Below are positions 20,651 through 29,399 of a stretch of DNA of 56,664 nt, piece after piece. The notes beneath the pieces are model-generated. The model worked only from the letters and a program-made list of their open reading frames with translations, had not been told where the DNA came from and searched no databases. Every line of letters starts with the position of its first letter. The first letter of the stretch is position 1. The stretch is taken from NCBI GenBank assembly GCA_030424665.1, contig JAUHWN010000006.1:1-56664 (forward strand). Reading direction: 5' to 3'. This DNA is from Bdellovibrionia bacterium (lineage in GTDB: Bacteria > Bdellovibrionota > Bdellovibrionia > Bdellovibrionales > JAGQZY01). Both the position numbers and the translations under genes were made by a program.

Positions 20651-21607
20651 ATGAAATTTCACCAAAGACTGTTTGAGCGCTTTACCGAAAAACAATTGGG
20701 CATTTTAGCTGCCGCAACGACCGCATTCTGCTGGTCATTCCTCGCTATTATTCTCAAGGTAGCGCTCAATTTCACAGACTCTTATACCATCGTTTTCTAT
20801 AGAATGGCATTTGCAGCCCTTTTTATGCTCATGATTGGATTTTTTTGGCAACGAGATTTGTTGAAAATCCTAAAACATTGGCCAAAGTGGGTCATTGTTG
20901 CCGGCTTGGGGCTTGGCGGAAATTATCTCGGTTACATGAAAGGAGTGGAACTCACTTCTCCGAGCAACGCTCAGGTTTTCATCCAGTTAGCCCCCCTATC
21001 TCTATTAATTAGTGGAATTCTATTTTTTAAAGAAAGACCCCTCTGGCATCAGTACGTGGGAATTCTCGTGACCGTATTCGGTTTTTCTCTTTTCTTTAAG
21101 GATCAAGCTGGCAACGGATCCAATGAATGGAGCTCTTATATCTCGGGCCAAACTTGGATATTTTTTGCGGCCATCACCTGGGCTCTATTTGCCAGTATTC
21201 AAAAATTTGAGAGCAAGAGATGGACCTTGGGCCAGCTCAATTTAATGATTTGGCTCGTCGCGAGTTTACTCCTCTCACCTGGAGTCTCCTGGGCAAAATT
21301 AATTGAGATCTCTTGGGCAGCTCACCTTTTTCTCGCCTTTTTAGGTCTTAATACAATTATTGCCTATGGCTGCTTTTCGTATGCCCTTAAAACCCTTCCC
21401 GCGACCCAGGTGTCACCGATTATTACTCTGAATCCGCTTCTAACTCTTTTATTCATGAATGTGCTCAGTCTGTTTGAGTTCTCTTGGCTTGCTCCAGAAA
21501 AGGTCACATTTCTCGGTTATTTTGGCGCTCTTTTGGTCGTTTCAGGTGTAATCCTAGCAGTTCGCTCTAGACCCCTATCTTTTAGTCTAAAAAAGACTTC
21601 AACTTGA
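20651..21607 (+). CDS. DMT/EamA family transporter
   Basis: About ten TM segments in two EamA repeats (FFKER, LNPLLT). Start set at ATG 20651 to avoid overlap with dinB. Confidence 0.9.
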   Translation: MKFHQRLFERFTEKQLGILAAATTAFCWSFLAIILKVALNFTDSYTIVFYRMAFAALFMLMIGFFWQRDLLKILKHWPKWVIVAGLGLGGNYLGYMKGVELTSPSNAQVFIQLAPLSLLISGILFFKERPLWHQYVGILVTVFGFSLFFKDQAGNGSNEWSSYISGQTWIFFAAITWALFASIQKFESKRWTLGQLNLMIWLVASLLLSPGVSWAKLIEISWAAHLFLAFLGLNTIIAYGCFSYALKTLPATQVSPIITLNPLLTLLFMNVLSLFEFSWLAPEKVTFLGYFGALLVVSGVILAVRSRPLSFSLKKTST

Positions 21608-21638
21608 GTCGTAAAAAGAGATTCTATATACTTTAGTT

Positions 21639-23777
21639 ATGGGTGTTTTCGTAAGAATTCTAATTTTATGGACTTTGGTTTCATGTACAAGTAATCCGGT
21701 GGATCAGCAACTCGATCAAATTCGCCATCTTCAGTCAGGCCACAAACATCAAACGTATCAAAATGAGATGGCTCGAGTTTGGTTTGACAACTACACTAAA
21801 GCGCTTGAATTAGTGGACTCCAATAGAACCCAGAGCTGTAGCCTCTTTTCGGGTCTTGCCCTCGACAGAAAGTTCCCACTCAATAAAGTTGCAAGCCTTA
21901 GACTCCTCGAAAACTGTCCAGGCCCCCACCCAAAACAAGTTTCGCTCTTAGCAAAGAAAGTAGACCAGGATTGGCTCGATAAATTAAAAATAAATGCACT
22001 CTTAGTCGATGCCCACAGAAACAAAGACGTTCGTGACATTATGGACTGGAGTTTCGAAAAGTCCAAAGTATTGACTGACCAAGAAGAAAAACTCAATTAC
22101 ACCTTTGAGGCTCTCAAGGCAGCAAAACGAGTTCGCGATAAAAAGAAAATCGAAACGCTCCAAGCTCGTGTTTACAAACTTGCACCGAGACTCATCCAAC
22201 GACCGAAGCGTGCAGAGTATTTAAAGGTCGCCGCAGACTTTAAGAAAAATCGAGATTTTAAACTGGCGCTTAGATATTATTTTAAGGTCGTTAAATATCG
22301 CAAGAGTTCTTGGGAGGATAAGTACCAAGCGCTACGAGGAATCCGCTCTGTTTTTCGATTGCAACGAACCTCAAAAATGAGCGAATACATTCAGGCAACG
22401 AAAGATCTGGCGCAATTTACCGAGAGACGCTTTAACAACTGGAGGACTCGAAGGTACTGGACGAGTCGCTATCACGACAATCAAGTCCTCTATGCACGGA
22501 CGCTCTGGAGTTATAAGAGTCGAAATAGTGCCATTCGAGTTTTACAGAGGGCCCAGGTTAAAATAAAAGGCAAACATAGCCTTGCCCAAGTCTATTGGCT
22601 GAGAGCCCGCATGGCAGAAGAAGCCAAAAATTACAACGAGTCCATCGCTTGGCTAGAGAAAGCCGCCGACGAGCCCCGAATGGGCCCTAATATGGACGAC
22701 GAAATTCGATGGCACTTGGCTTGGAATTATAATAAAATGGGCCAATTCAAAAAAGCGATTGAGCAGTTCGATGAGTCTATTAAATTAACGACTAACATCT
22801 TCTTAAAGCACAAACTCTATTTCTGGAAAGCGAAGGTTCTACAAAAAGATGGACAGGGAGATCTCGCTCAAAAAACCTTCAACGAACTCATAGAATTAGA
22901 TCCAATTGGATATTATGGAATTTTGGCCTACCGACAATTAGATCAAGCCATACCTGCGGTTCGATCACTCGCTTCTACCAATAAGCTAGCAAACCTCGAA
23001 GAAATCATCGGAAAAACTGACTTAGTGACTCTCGAGTGGCTCATCGCTGTCAAAGAAAAGGATCTCTCTCGAAAATTTCTCGATTCGCTTTCTGAGAGAA
23101 AGTTGGTTTCAAATACAAAAAATTCAACTGAAGTTTGGACTCAGTTTTTGAAATACTACGCCCGCGCCGGAGATTACCTTGGACTATTTATGCAGCTTGG
23201 TAATATCGACTCTGAACTTCGCGATCAGATTTTTCAAAAAAACCCACAACTTCTCTTTCCTGAACCATTTAAAGATCATGTCACTGAAGCGGCCGAACAT
23301 TTCGAAGTGAACCCTAATCTCATCTATTCGATCATGCGCCAGGAGTCGGCTTTTAATCCCAAAGCCAGGTCCCATGCCGATGCCTTTGGGCTCATGCAGT
23401 TAATTCCAGAAATGGCAAAGCGAGCTGCTCGCTATGCCAATATTCGCTTTCAAAGACACCGGGAACTCTACGACCCCGAAACCAATATCATGCTCGGTAG
23501 TGCTTTTCTGAAAAACCTATTAGGTAAAAACAATAACAACTTTTTGGTTACAGTAGCTTCCTATAACGCCAGCGAGAAAGCCATAAAGAATTGGGTGCAA
23601 ACTCGATATACGGGGGACCCCTTAGAGTTTATTGAGGACATTCCTTACTCTGAGACACAGGGTTATATAAAACTCGTTTTGAGAAACTTAGTTTTCTATC
23701 AAAGACTGAACTCAGATGGCGAAGCCATCTACTTTCCTGAGTGGTGTCTACAGTCTTTACAGGACTTCAAATCATAG
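21639..23777 (+). CDS. Slt70-like lytic transglycosylase with TPR/helical N-terminus (probable lipoprotein)
   Basis: IMRQESAFNP (catalytic Glu), GLMQL, ASYNA and IPYSETQGY motifs; lipobox-like LVSC. Confidence 0.92.
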   Translation: MGVFVRILILWTLVSCTSNPVDQQLDQIRHLQSGHKHQTYQNEMARVWFDNYTKALELVDSNRTQSCSLFSGLALDRKFPLNKVASLRLLENCPGPHPKQVSLLAKKVDQDWLDKLKINALLVDAHRNKDVRDIMDWSFEKSKVLTDQEEKLNYTFEALKAAKRVRDKKKIETLQARVYKLAPRLIQRPKRAEYLKVAADFKKNRDFKLALRYYFKVVKYRKSSWEDKYQALRGIRSVFRLQRTSKMSEYIQATKDLAQFTERRFNNWRTRRYWTSRYHDNQVLYARTLWSYKSRNSAIRVLQRAQVKIKGKHSLAQVYWLRARMAEEAKNYNESIAWLEKAADEPRMGPNMDDEIRWHLAWNYNKMGQFKKAIEQFDESIKLTTNIFLKHKLYFWKAKVLQKDGQGDLAQKTFNELIELDPIGYYGILAYRQLDQAIPAVRSLASTNKLANLEEIIGKTDLVTLEWLIAVKEKDLSRKFLDSLSERKLVSNTKNSTEVWTQFLKYYARAGDYLGLFMQLGNIDSELRDQIFQKNPQLLFPEPFKDHVTEAAEHFEVNPNLIYSIMRQESAFNPKARSHADAFGLMQLIPEMAKRAARYANIRFQRHRELYDPETNIMLGSAFLKNLLGKNNNNFLVTVASYNASEKAIKNWVQTRYTGDPLEFIEDIPYSETQGYIKLVLRNLVFYQRLNSDGEAIYFPEWCLQSLQDFKS

Positions 23778-23839
23778 CCAAATGATTAAATAGTCTCGTT
23801 TTAAGCCTTAATGATTTCAATGATTTAGAGCCCAAATCT

Positions 23840-23855
23840 CGGCACCTGTATTGCT
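23840..23855 (+). promoter_or_regulatory. sigma54 promoter for the subtilase
   Basis: CGGCAC-CTGTA-TTGCT. Confidence 0.75.
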
Positions 23856-23891
23856 GTATATATTATTATCAAATCGTTACAGGGATAGAGA

Positions 23892-25220
23892 ATGATATCA
23901 AAAGCCATAAATTTAGTACTTTTCATCGCTTTACTCGGAATAGCCTACATCGTTTGGGAAGGCCTCGGATTGATGTCTGATAAAAATATCGCATCTGTAC
24001 CTGAAACGGAAGTGGAGCAGAAGCCAACTCGAGATATGGAACTCGGAACTGCTACAAAACAAAAATCAAAAAGAATTGAATCAAAGGTGATTATGAATGA
24101 CCCCGCTATGTCACAAAAGTGGGGGCTACAGAAGATGCAAGCCAAGAAAGCCTGGGACGTTTCTCAGGGAAGTAAAGAGATCATCATCGCCGTTATCGAT
24201 ACAGGAATTGATATCAATCACAAGGACCTCAAAGCAAACCTTTGGGTGAATACCGGCGAAACAGGAATTGATCCCATCACTAAAAAGGATCGTGCTAAAG
24301 ATGGGATCGATAACGATCGCAATGGCTGTATTGATGATGTTCACGGCTGTAACTTTATTACGGGAACGGGAGACCTCACTGATAATCATGGTCACGGTAC
24401 CCATATCGCAGGAATTATCGGTGCCGAAGGCGGAAACGGTTTTGGTATTAGTGGTGTGGCGCCTAAAATTAGTTTAATGATTCTTAAATACTACGACCCT
24501 AAAGCTTCAGGCGTTAACAACCTTAAAAACACAATTCGATCCATTCAGTACGCAGTCGACAAAAAAGCTCACATTATTAATTACTCTGGTGGTGGACTTG
24601 AATTTAGCCAAGAAGAATTCGATGCTGTTCAACTTGCTGCTCAAAACAAAGTACTTTTTGTGGCTGCCGCTGGTAACGAACGCTCGAACTCAGACCAAGC
24701 TAAATACTATCCGGCTGACTACGAGTTATCGAATATTATTTCGGTGACAGCCGTTGATCCAAAAACACAAGTTCTAGCCACGAGTAACTACGGTGTTTCT
24801 ACGGTGGATATCGCAGCCCCGGGGCAAGACATCTTTTCGACACTGCCCGGAAACTCTTTTGGCTTAATGACAGGGACCTCACAAGCAACTGCCTTTGTGA
24901 GTGGCGTTGCCGCCCTCGTTATGGCTAGTAACCGAGAATACTCAGCTGCCGATGTTAAACGATATATCTTAAAGACTGGTGATGAGTACCCATGGTTACG
25001 CTCGAAAACGGGAACTTCAAAAAAGCTAAATATCTATAAGGCTCTAACAACTCTCGATTCGGGCGTTTCTGCTACAGGTGTTATCGCCTCGAATGTTCAC
25101 AATATGAAGGATCAATTTGTTTCGGACCCCAATGTGAAACTTCAAACTGGCGACGCCGCCCGCGATATTGCCAATTTTGGTAAGATGCTTATGGAATCAA
25201 TGAGCAATCAGAAAAAGTAA
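23892..25220 (+). CDS. S8 subtilisin-like serine protease
   Basis: Catalytic triad VIDTG / HGTHIAG / GTSQAT, oxyanion-hole AAAGN and an N-terminal membrane anchor. Confidence 0.95.
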   Translation: MISKAINLVLFIALLGIAYIVWEGLGLMSDKNIASVPETEVEQKPTRDMELGTATKQKSKRIESKVIMNDPAMSQKWGLQKMQAKKAWDVSQGSKEIIIAVIDTGIDINHKDLKANLWVNTGETGIDPITKKDRAKDGIDNDRNGCIDDVHGCNFITGTGDLTDNHGHGTHIAGIIGAEGGNGFGISGVAPKISLMILKYYDPKASGVNNLKNTIRSIQYAVDKKAHIINYSGGGLEFSQEEFDAVQLAAQNKVLFVAAAGNERSNSDQAKYYPADYELSNIISVTAVDPKTQVLATSNYGVSTVDIAAPGQDIFSTLPGNSFGLMTGTSQATAFVSGVAALVMASNREYSAADVKRYILKTGDEYPWLRSKTGTSKKLNIYKALTTLDSGVSATGVIASNVHNMKDQFVSDPNVKLQTGDAARDIANFGKMLMESMSNQKK

Positions 25221-26394
25221 AAACTGACCCAATATATTGTGGAATCCAGATAGTCACGAATAGGTATTTTAAATGCAGTATCGCTAGTCCATGAAGAGAT
25301 ACTGCCCGAAATGCCCTCACCAGCACAGCGAAATTCGAAAACACGGATTTTTCAAACGGAAGTCCGACTATAAATTCATCCAACGGTTCATTTGCACCCG
25401 TTGTAATACCACTTTTTCAAAGGCCTCAACTCAAAAGTGTATCCACCAAAATAAACGCCATCTTAACTCCATCATCCTCAAACTCATCGCCAGTAAGAAC
25501 TCCCAACGACGAATCGCCCTCCTTTTAGGTATTAGTAAGAATACGGTCGCTTCGAAAATTAAGTTTCTAGCCAGGATAGCCCGAGAGAAAAATCGACAAC
25601 AGTTAATTCAAAGCACTTCAGCCAAAGAAATTATTTTTGATGATATGGAAACTTTTGAGCACAGTAAAATGAAACCCCTAAGCATTACGGTTGTCGTTGA
25701 AAAATACACTCAGAGAATTTTGGGTGCCAGAGCATCTATTATGCCTGCCAAAGGCTTACTTGCAAAGAGGTCTCGAAAAAAATACGGCAGAAGAAAGGAT
25801 CAAAGACACAAAACGAGAGAGCAACTTTTCCTGGATCTTAAGAGAGTTCTAGGCGCTCCAGTCACGATCGAATCCGACCAAAACCCACACTACATTAAAA
25901 CTGTTACCCGACATTTCCCCGAAGCCGACTACATCCAATATCGAGGAAGAAGAGGCTGTGTCGTTGGCCAAGGCGAACTTAAAGAAGGAGGCTTCGATCC
26001 TCTTTTCTATCTCAATCACACCTGCGCCATGATTCGAGATAACTTGGGTTGTTTAGTAAGAAGAACCTGGTGCACATCTAAAACAATTCACCACCTTCAG
26101 GATCGTCTTGATATCTACACCTACTTTCACAACACCTTCATATTAAAAAGCCGAAAGAAAGCAACCTGCCACTAGTTCATCTATAAATTGAATCAGAATT
26201 CTTTGTTTTTGAAATGAAGAGAATCATTCTTTGTGGAAAGTGTTATGGGGGTTCATTTTTAGGGCTCTTGCCAGCCGGATGCGCACTAGGCAAGAAGGGC
26301 AGGAGCCCGGCCCTATAAATGAACTCCCAGAATACTTGGAACAACTGGAATCTGATTCTCCTCATTCCACAAACACATGAATATGGGTCAATTT
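25221..26394 (+). mobile_element. IS1-like insertion sequence (boundaries tentative)
   Basis: Contains the transposase. Imperfect inverted ends AAACTGACCCA (25221) and TGGGTCAATTT (ending 26394), plus a shared TTGTGGAAT block. No clear target-site duplication. Confidence 0.55.
25291..26175 (+). CDS. IS1-family-like transposase, single ORF
   Basis: InsA-type zinc finger (CPKC...QRFICTRC), HTH (SQRRIALLLGISKNTV), acidic motifs FDDME and IESD, and C-terminal IRDNLGCLVRRTWCTSK aligning with the IS1 R..L.RL.R....SK motif. Confidence 0.8.
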   Translation: MKRYCPKCPHQHSEIRKHGFFKRKSDYKFIQRFICTRCNTTFSKASTQKCIHQNKRHLNSIILKLIASKNSQRRIALLLGISKNTVASKIKFLARIAREKNRQQLIQSTSAKEIIFDDMETFEHSKMKPLSITVVVEKYTQRILGARASIMPAKGLLAKRSRKKYGRRKDQRHKTREQLFLDLKRVLGAPVTIESDQNPHYIKTVTRHFPEADYIQYRGRRGCVVGQGELKEGGFDPLFYLNHTCAMIRDNLGCLVRRTWCTSKTIHHLQDRLDIYTYFHNTFILKSRKKATCH

Positions 26395-26400
26395 GTGAAC
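26175..26400. repeat. Long imperfect palindrome with a branched GC-rich apex
   Basis: 26238-26265 pairs with 26310-26337 (24 Watson-Crick, 2 G-T, 2 mismatches); 26211-26226 pairs with 26353-26368; AAATTGA (26185) pairs with TCAATTT (26388). Confidence 0.85.
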
Positions 26401-26481
26401 ATTCTTAAACAAAACAATCACGAACCTAGGACGACTTGACTGACCAACTAGAGTAAATTTGATTTCAGAAAGGAGATACTT

Positions 26482-26739
26482 ATGAAGAATCTTATTAAAC
26501 TAGTTATTTCAATTATTTTTATGACGAGCTTGACCGCGTGTTGGGAGTCAGAAACCGAGAATAAAATCGAAGATATTGGAGAAAATATCGAAGAAACCTA
26601 TGAAGACTCGAAAGAGAGCATTTCTGACACTGCTGAAGACGCAAAAGACAAAGTAGAAGACTGGAGTGAAAAAGGTAAAGAAAAATATAACGAAGCAAAA
26701 GAAGAAACTAAAGAAGCACTCGAAAAAATTGAAGGATAG
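26482..26739 (+). CDS. Small acidic LEA/YtxH-like lipoprotein
   Basis: Lipobox LTAC, E/K/D-rich helical repeats, AAGGAG RBS and a downstream terminator. Confidence 0.75.
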   Translation: MKNLIKLVISIIFMTSLTACWESETENKIEDIGENIEETYEDSKESISDTAEDAKDKVEDWSEKGKEKYNEAKEETKEALEKIEG

Positions 26740-26763
26740 ATTAAAGTCACCCTAAATAGAATT

Positions 26764-26795
26764 AAAAAGCCCTCACATATGAGGGCTTTTTTTTT
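26764..26795. terminator. Rho-independent terminator, probably bidirectional
   Basis: AAAAAGCCCTCA-CATA-TGAGGGCTTTTTTTTT. Confidence 0.88.
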
Positions 26796-26850
26796 GATCC
26801 GAGAGATATTTCTCCCGCTTAGCATATAAGACAACTATGACATCTCTAAA

Positions 26851-27024
26851 TTATGAGCTATTTTTTGATTGCAAAATATCTCTCACTAAGCTCAATACGA
26901 ATAGTAGCACGAACACAAAAAATAGGATTTTGGCAATCCCAGCAGCCGTACCTGCTATTCCTGTAAAGCCAAAAATAGCTGCAAAGATTGCTATTATTAA
27001 AAAAGTTATCGACCAACTTAACAT
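26851..27024 (-). CDS. DUF1328 (UPF0391, YtjA-like) small membrane protein, 57 aa
   Basis: Manual translation [47 protein letters not shown]...; GGAGGT RBS. Shorter than any ORF in the track. Confidence 0.92.
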   Translation of the reverse strand: MLSWSITFLIIAIFAAIFGFTGIAGTAAGIAKILFFVFVLLFVLSLVRDILQSKNSS

Positions 27025-27234
27025 TACTATACCTCCTAGTTAGTAGCCCTAGTTTCTATCAAAGGGCTAAATTTTTGACTTAGAAATTTTGGAAATAATG
27101 TTTAGTTTTCTAATCATATAATCATTCACCTCATAGCATCATTTTTCATTTTCTACACAATTTCTTAAATGAATTGAGAATTATTTTTCTGAACTCTAGG
27201 GAAAACTAACAATCAACAACCCCGAGGAGGATCT

Positions 27235-27861
27235 ATGAAAAATATTTTAAAACTATCGTGTCTGGGATTAATAACTGCGTCTTTAATAGCTTGTAGCAAA
27301 GAAGATGCTAAAGAAGTGGCCAACAATGTCGCAGAAAACCCCGAACTCAATGGTAAATTTCAATCAGAATGCTTTGGTTCCGATGTACTTGACTTCTCTT
27401 ATAGAGAGACTCTCGAGTTCGCAGGGAATCAGTTTAGTCAAATAAGAAACTACTACTCAACTGATACATGCTCAAATGAATCTTTAGTCGGCAACCTATC
27501 GGTCAACGGAGACTTCGTAATCGATGCAGATGGCCTACCCGATCATCCGGCTGGATCTATCGAAATACAATTTGACGAAGCAGAAATCACACCTCAATCA
27601 GAGGACCTCGCAAGCGCATTAAGCTCCGTCGAACTCTGTGGTATCGAAAATTTTGAAAGTGGAGTCACCTCTGAAGTACCCAAAAAGTCTTCAGACAATT
27701 GGACCTGTCCAATTCGTGACTTCTCGAGCACCGTATATGGCAGCTATCAATTAGAAGGTGATGAACTCAGACTAAATAAAGGTGGTCTAGAAGCGATGTC
27801 TACCGAAGTCGATGAGCGTCCTAAAGAATTGGGCAAGGCTTCTGTATACCTAAGAAACTAA
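27235..27861 (+). CDS. Acidic beta-rich lipoprotein of unknown function
   Basis: Lipobox LIAC, four further cysteines, GGAGG RBS. Confidence 0.75.
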   Translation: MKNILKLSCLGLITASLIACSKEDAKEVANNVAENPELNGKFQSECFGSDVLDFSYRETLEFAGNQFSQIRNYYSTDTCSNESLVGNLSVNGDFVIDADGLPDHPAGSIEIQFDEAEITPQSEDLASALSSVELCGIENFESGVTSEVPKKSSDNWTCPIRDFSSTVYGSYQLEGDELRLNKGGLEAMSTEVDERPKELGKASVYLRN

Positions 27862-27889
27862 AATTTAAAAAAAACCGAAAGGAGAACTT

Positions 27890-28393
27890 ATGACAACCCA
27901 CCATGAAACTTTATTCACAGGAACGAAACTAAAAAAATCTGCCCTCGAAGTTGAGCCTATAATCGACAAAAATGTCGATTGGATGCAAAGAATGATTCGA
28001 GGCGAATATTCTGCTCTCGATGCTTACAGACAGTGCATCGAGAAATTGACGAACAAAGCCGAAAAGTCGAGACTAATGGCATTTTATAACGACCATGAGA
28101 ATAACCTCTACTTTTGGAAAGGAAAAGTCGGAGAAAAGTTTGTAAAGCCAGAAGATAGCTCTGGAATATGGGGAGATTTTGTTTCGACTTTCATGAAATC
28201 GGCTAAGATTTTTGGTGATGAAACCACTCTCAATGCCCTTAAAAGAGGAGAAGAACACGGACTTTCTGAATACCAACGACTCTTGGAACTAGATGAGGTT
28301 CCCCTTAAAATCAAAAAGATTGTTAAGGAGCATTTTATTCCTCAAATTGAAACTCACATTAGTTCCATTGAAGCATTGAAGAGTTTACACTAA
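27890..28393 (+). CDS. DUF2383/PA2169-type ferritin-like four-helix protein
   Basis: GEYSALDAY...H...SSGIWG...ALKRGEEHGLSEY pattern with ExxH ligands. Confidence 0.8.
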   Translation: MTTHHETLFTGTKLKKSALEVEPIIDKNVDWMQRMIRGEYSALDAYRQCIEKLTNKAEKSRLMAFYNDHENNLYFWKGKVGEKFVKPEDSSGIWGDFVSTFMKSAKIFGDETTLNALKRGEEHGLSEYQRLLELDEVPLKIKKIVKEHFIPQIETHISSIEALKSLH

Positions 28394-28408
28394 ATTTTTG
28401 AATCTTAT

Positions 28409-28435
28409 AATAAGGGGCTAACGAAGCCCCTTATT
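28409..28435. terminator. Hairpin between convergent genes
   Basis: AATAAGGGGCT-AACGA-AGCCCCTTATT. Confidence 0.7.
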
Positions 28436-29123
28436 GTTTTGCTTCAGGTTCAAATCGATAGCCAACTCCATGAACCGATTTAATCGTAGACGAAGCATCT
28501 CCTAACTTCTTTCTGAGTTTGCTAACATGAGTATCTACCGAGCGCGGATAAATATGGATATTCTCTCCCCAAATCTCATTCAGCATTTGATCTCTAGGAA
28601 TCACAACTCCTACATGGTCACAAAAATAGCTAAGGATCTTGAATTCAAGGGCTGTTAGTTCGACTTTTTTATCAACGCCATCGCAATCAACGAAAACTTC
28701 TTGTCTATTCCGGTAAACCTTTAAAGGTTTCCATTCGTGGTTAGACTGGGATTCTTGTAATAATTTGACCTTTTTTAACTTGGCTAATACTCGTGCTTTA
28801 AGCTCCAGCGAACTAAAGGGCTTGGCAATGTAGTCATCAGCTCCGGCTGAGAATCCCATAATTAATTCAGGTAACTCCGAATGAGCTGATAAGAAAAAAA
28901 TTGGAAGCTGAGGATATTCACTCTGAAACTCATTACATAAGTCTACACCATTCCCATCAGGCAACTCCACATCAAGAAGGATCAAATGGACTTCTTTTTC
29001 CGAGACAAAGTCTCTAGCCGATGAAAGAGTTTCAACCCAATCAAGGCTGACTTCGTTTCCTAGCGCTAACTTTACTTGAGCGAAGACCTCTTTACTATCT
29101 TCTACAAGAAGAACTTTCTCCAT
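28431..29123 (-). CDS. OmpR/PhoB-family response regulator
   Basis: Receiver domain (VEDS, LDVELPDGNG, GADDYIAKPF) and winged helix (LTALEFKIL, RSVDTHVSKLRKKL, VHGVGYRF). Confidence 0.95.
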   Translation of the reverse strand: MEKVLLVEDSKEVFAQVKLALGNEVSLDWVETLSSARDFVSEKEVHLILLDVELPDGNGVDLCNEFQSEYPQLPIFFLSAHSELPELIMGFSAGADDYIAKPFSSLELKARVLAKLKKVKLLQESQSNHEWKPLKVYRNRQEVFVDCDGVDKKVELTALEFKILSYFCDHVGVVIPRDQMLNEIWGENIHIYPRSVDTHVSKLRKKLGDASSTIKSVHGVGYRFEPEAKQ

Positions 29124-29308
29124 TCACTCTCCTGCTTAGTTCGGTTCCCTCGTGGAATACATTGAACCGGTTCGAAAGTTAAGCTCTTTCGTTAAATATT
29201 GGAATTAAGTACCAAACCTTCCATTTACCATCTTAGAAAACATACACCATGATCCACTTAAATTAGATCTGACGCGCCCTGTCGCTACAGCTCATTCACT
29301 TTTACCTG

Positions 29309-29332
29309 AAATGTTTAGAACTCTAAACATTT
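29309..29332. promoter_or_regulatory. Perfect palindromic operator between the divergent regulator and ompA-like gene
   Basis: AAATGTTTAGA-AC-TCTAAACATTT; best copy of a motif repeated across the block. Confidence 0.6.
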
Positions 29333-29399
29333 TAACCTCTGCTTCGTAAAGTTTGAAAACAGAAACGATGAGATCTTCTGAATATAGAAAGGAAGTATA

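Noticed and set aside
24874-24891. GTSQA instead of GTSMA in the subtilase
   Set aside because: The catalytic Ser is intact; treated as a family variant, not inactivation.
26274-26283. GCCGGATGCG, matching the start of an enterobacterial REP
   Set aside because: Only 10 nt match and the complementary REP arm is absent.
26837-27043. 68 aa + strand ORF
   Set aside because: Antisense shadow of the DUF1328 gene.
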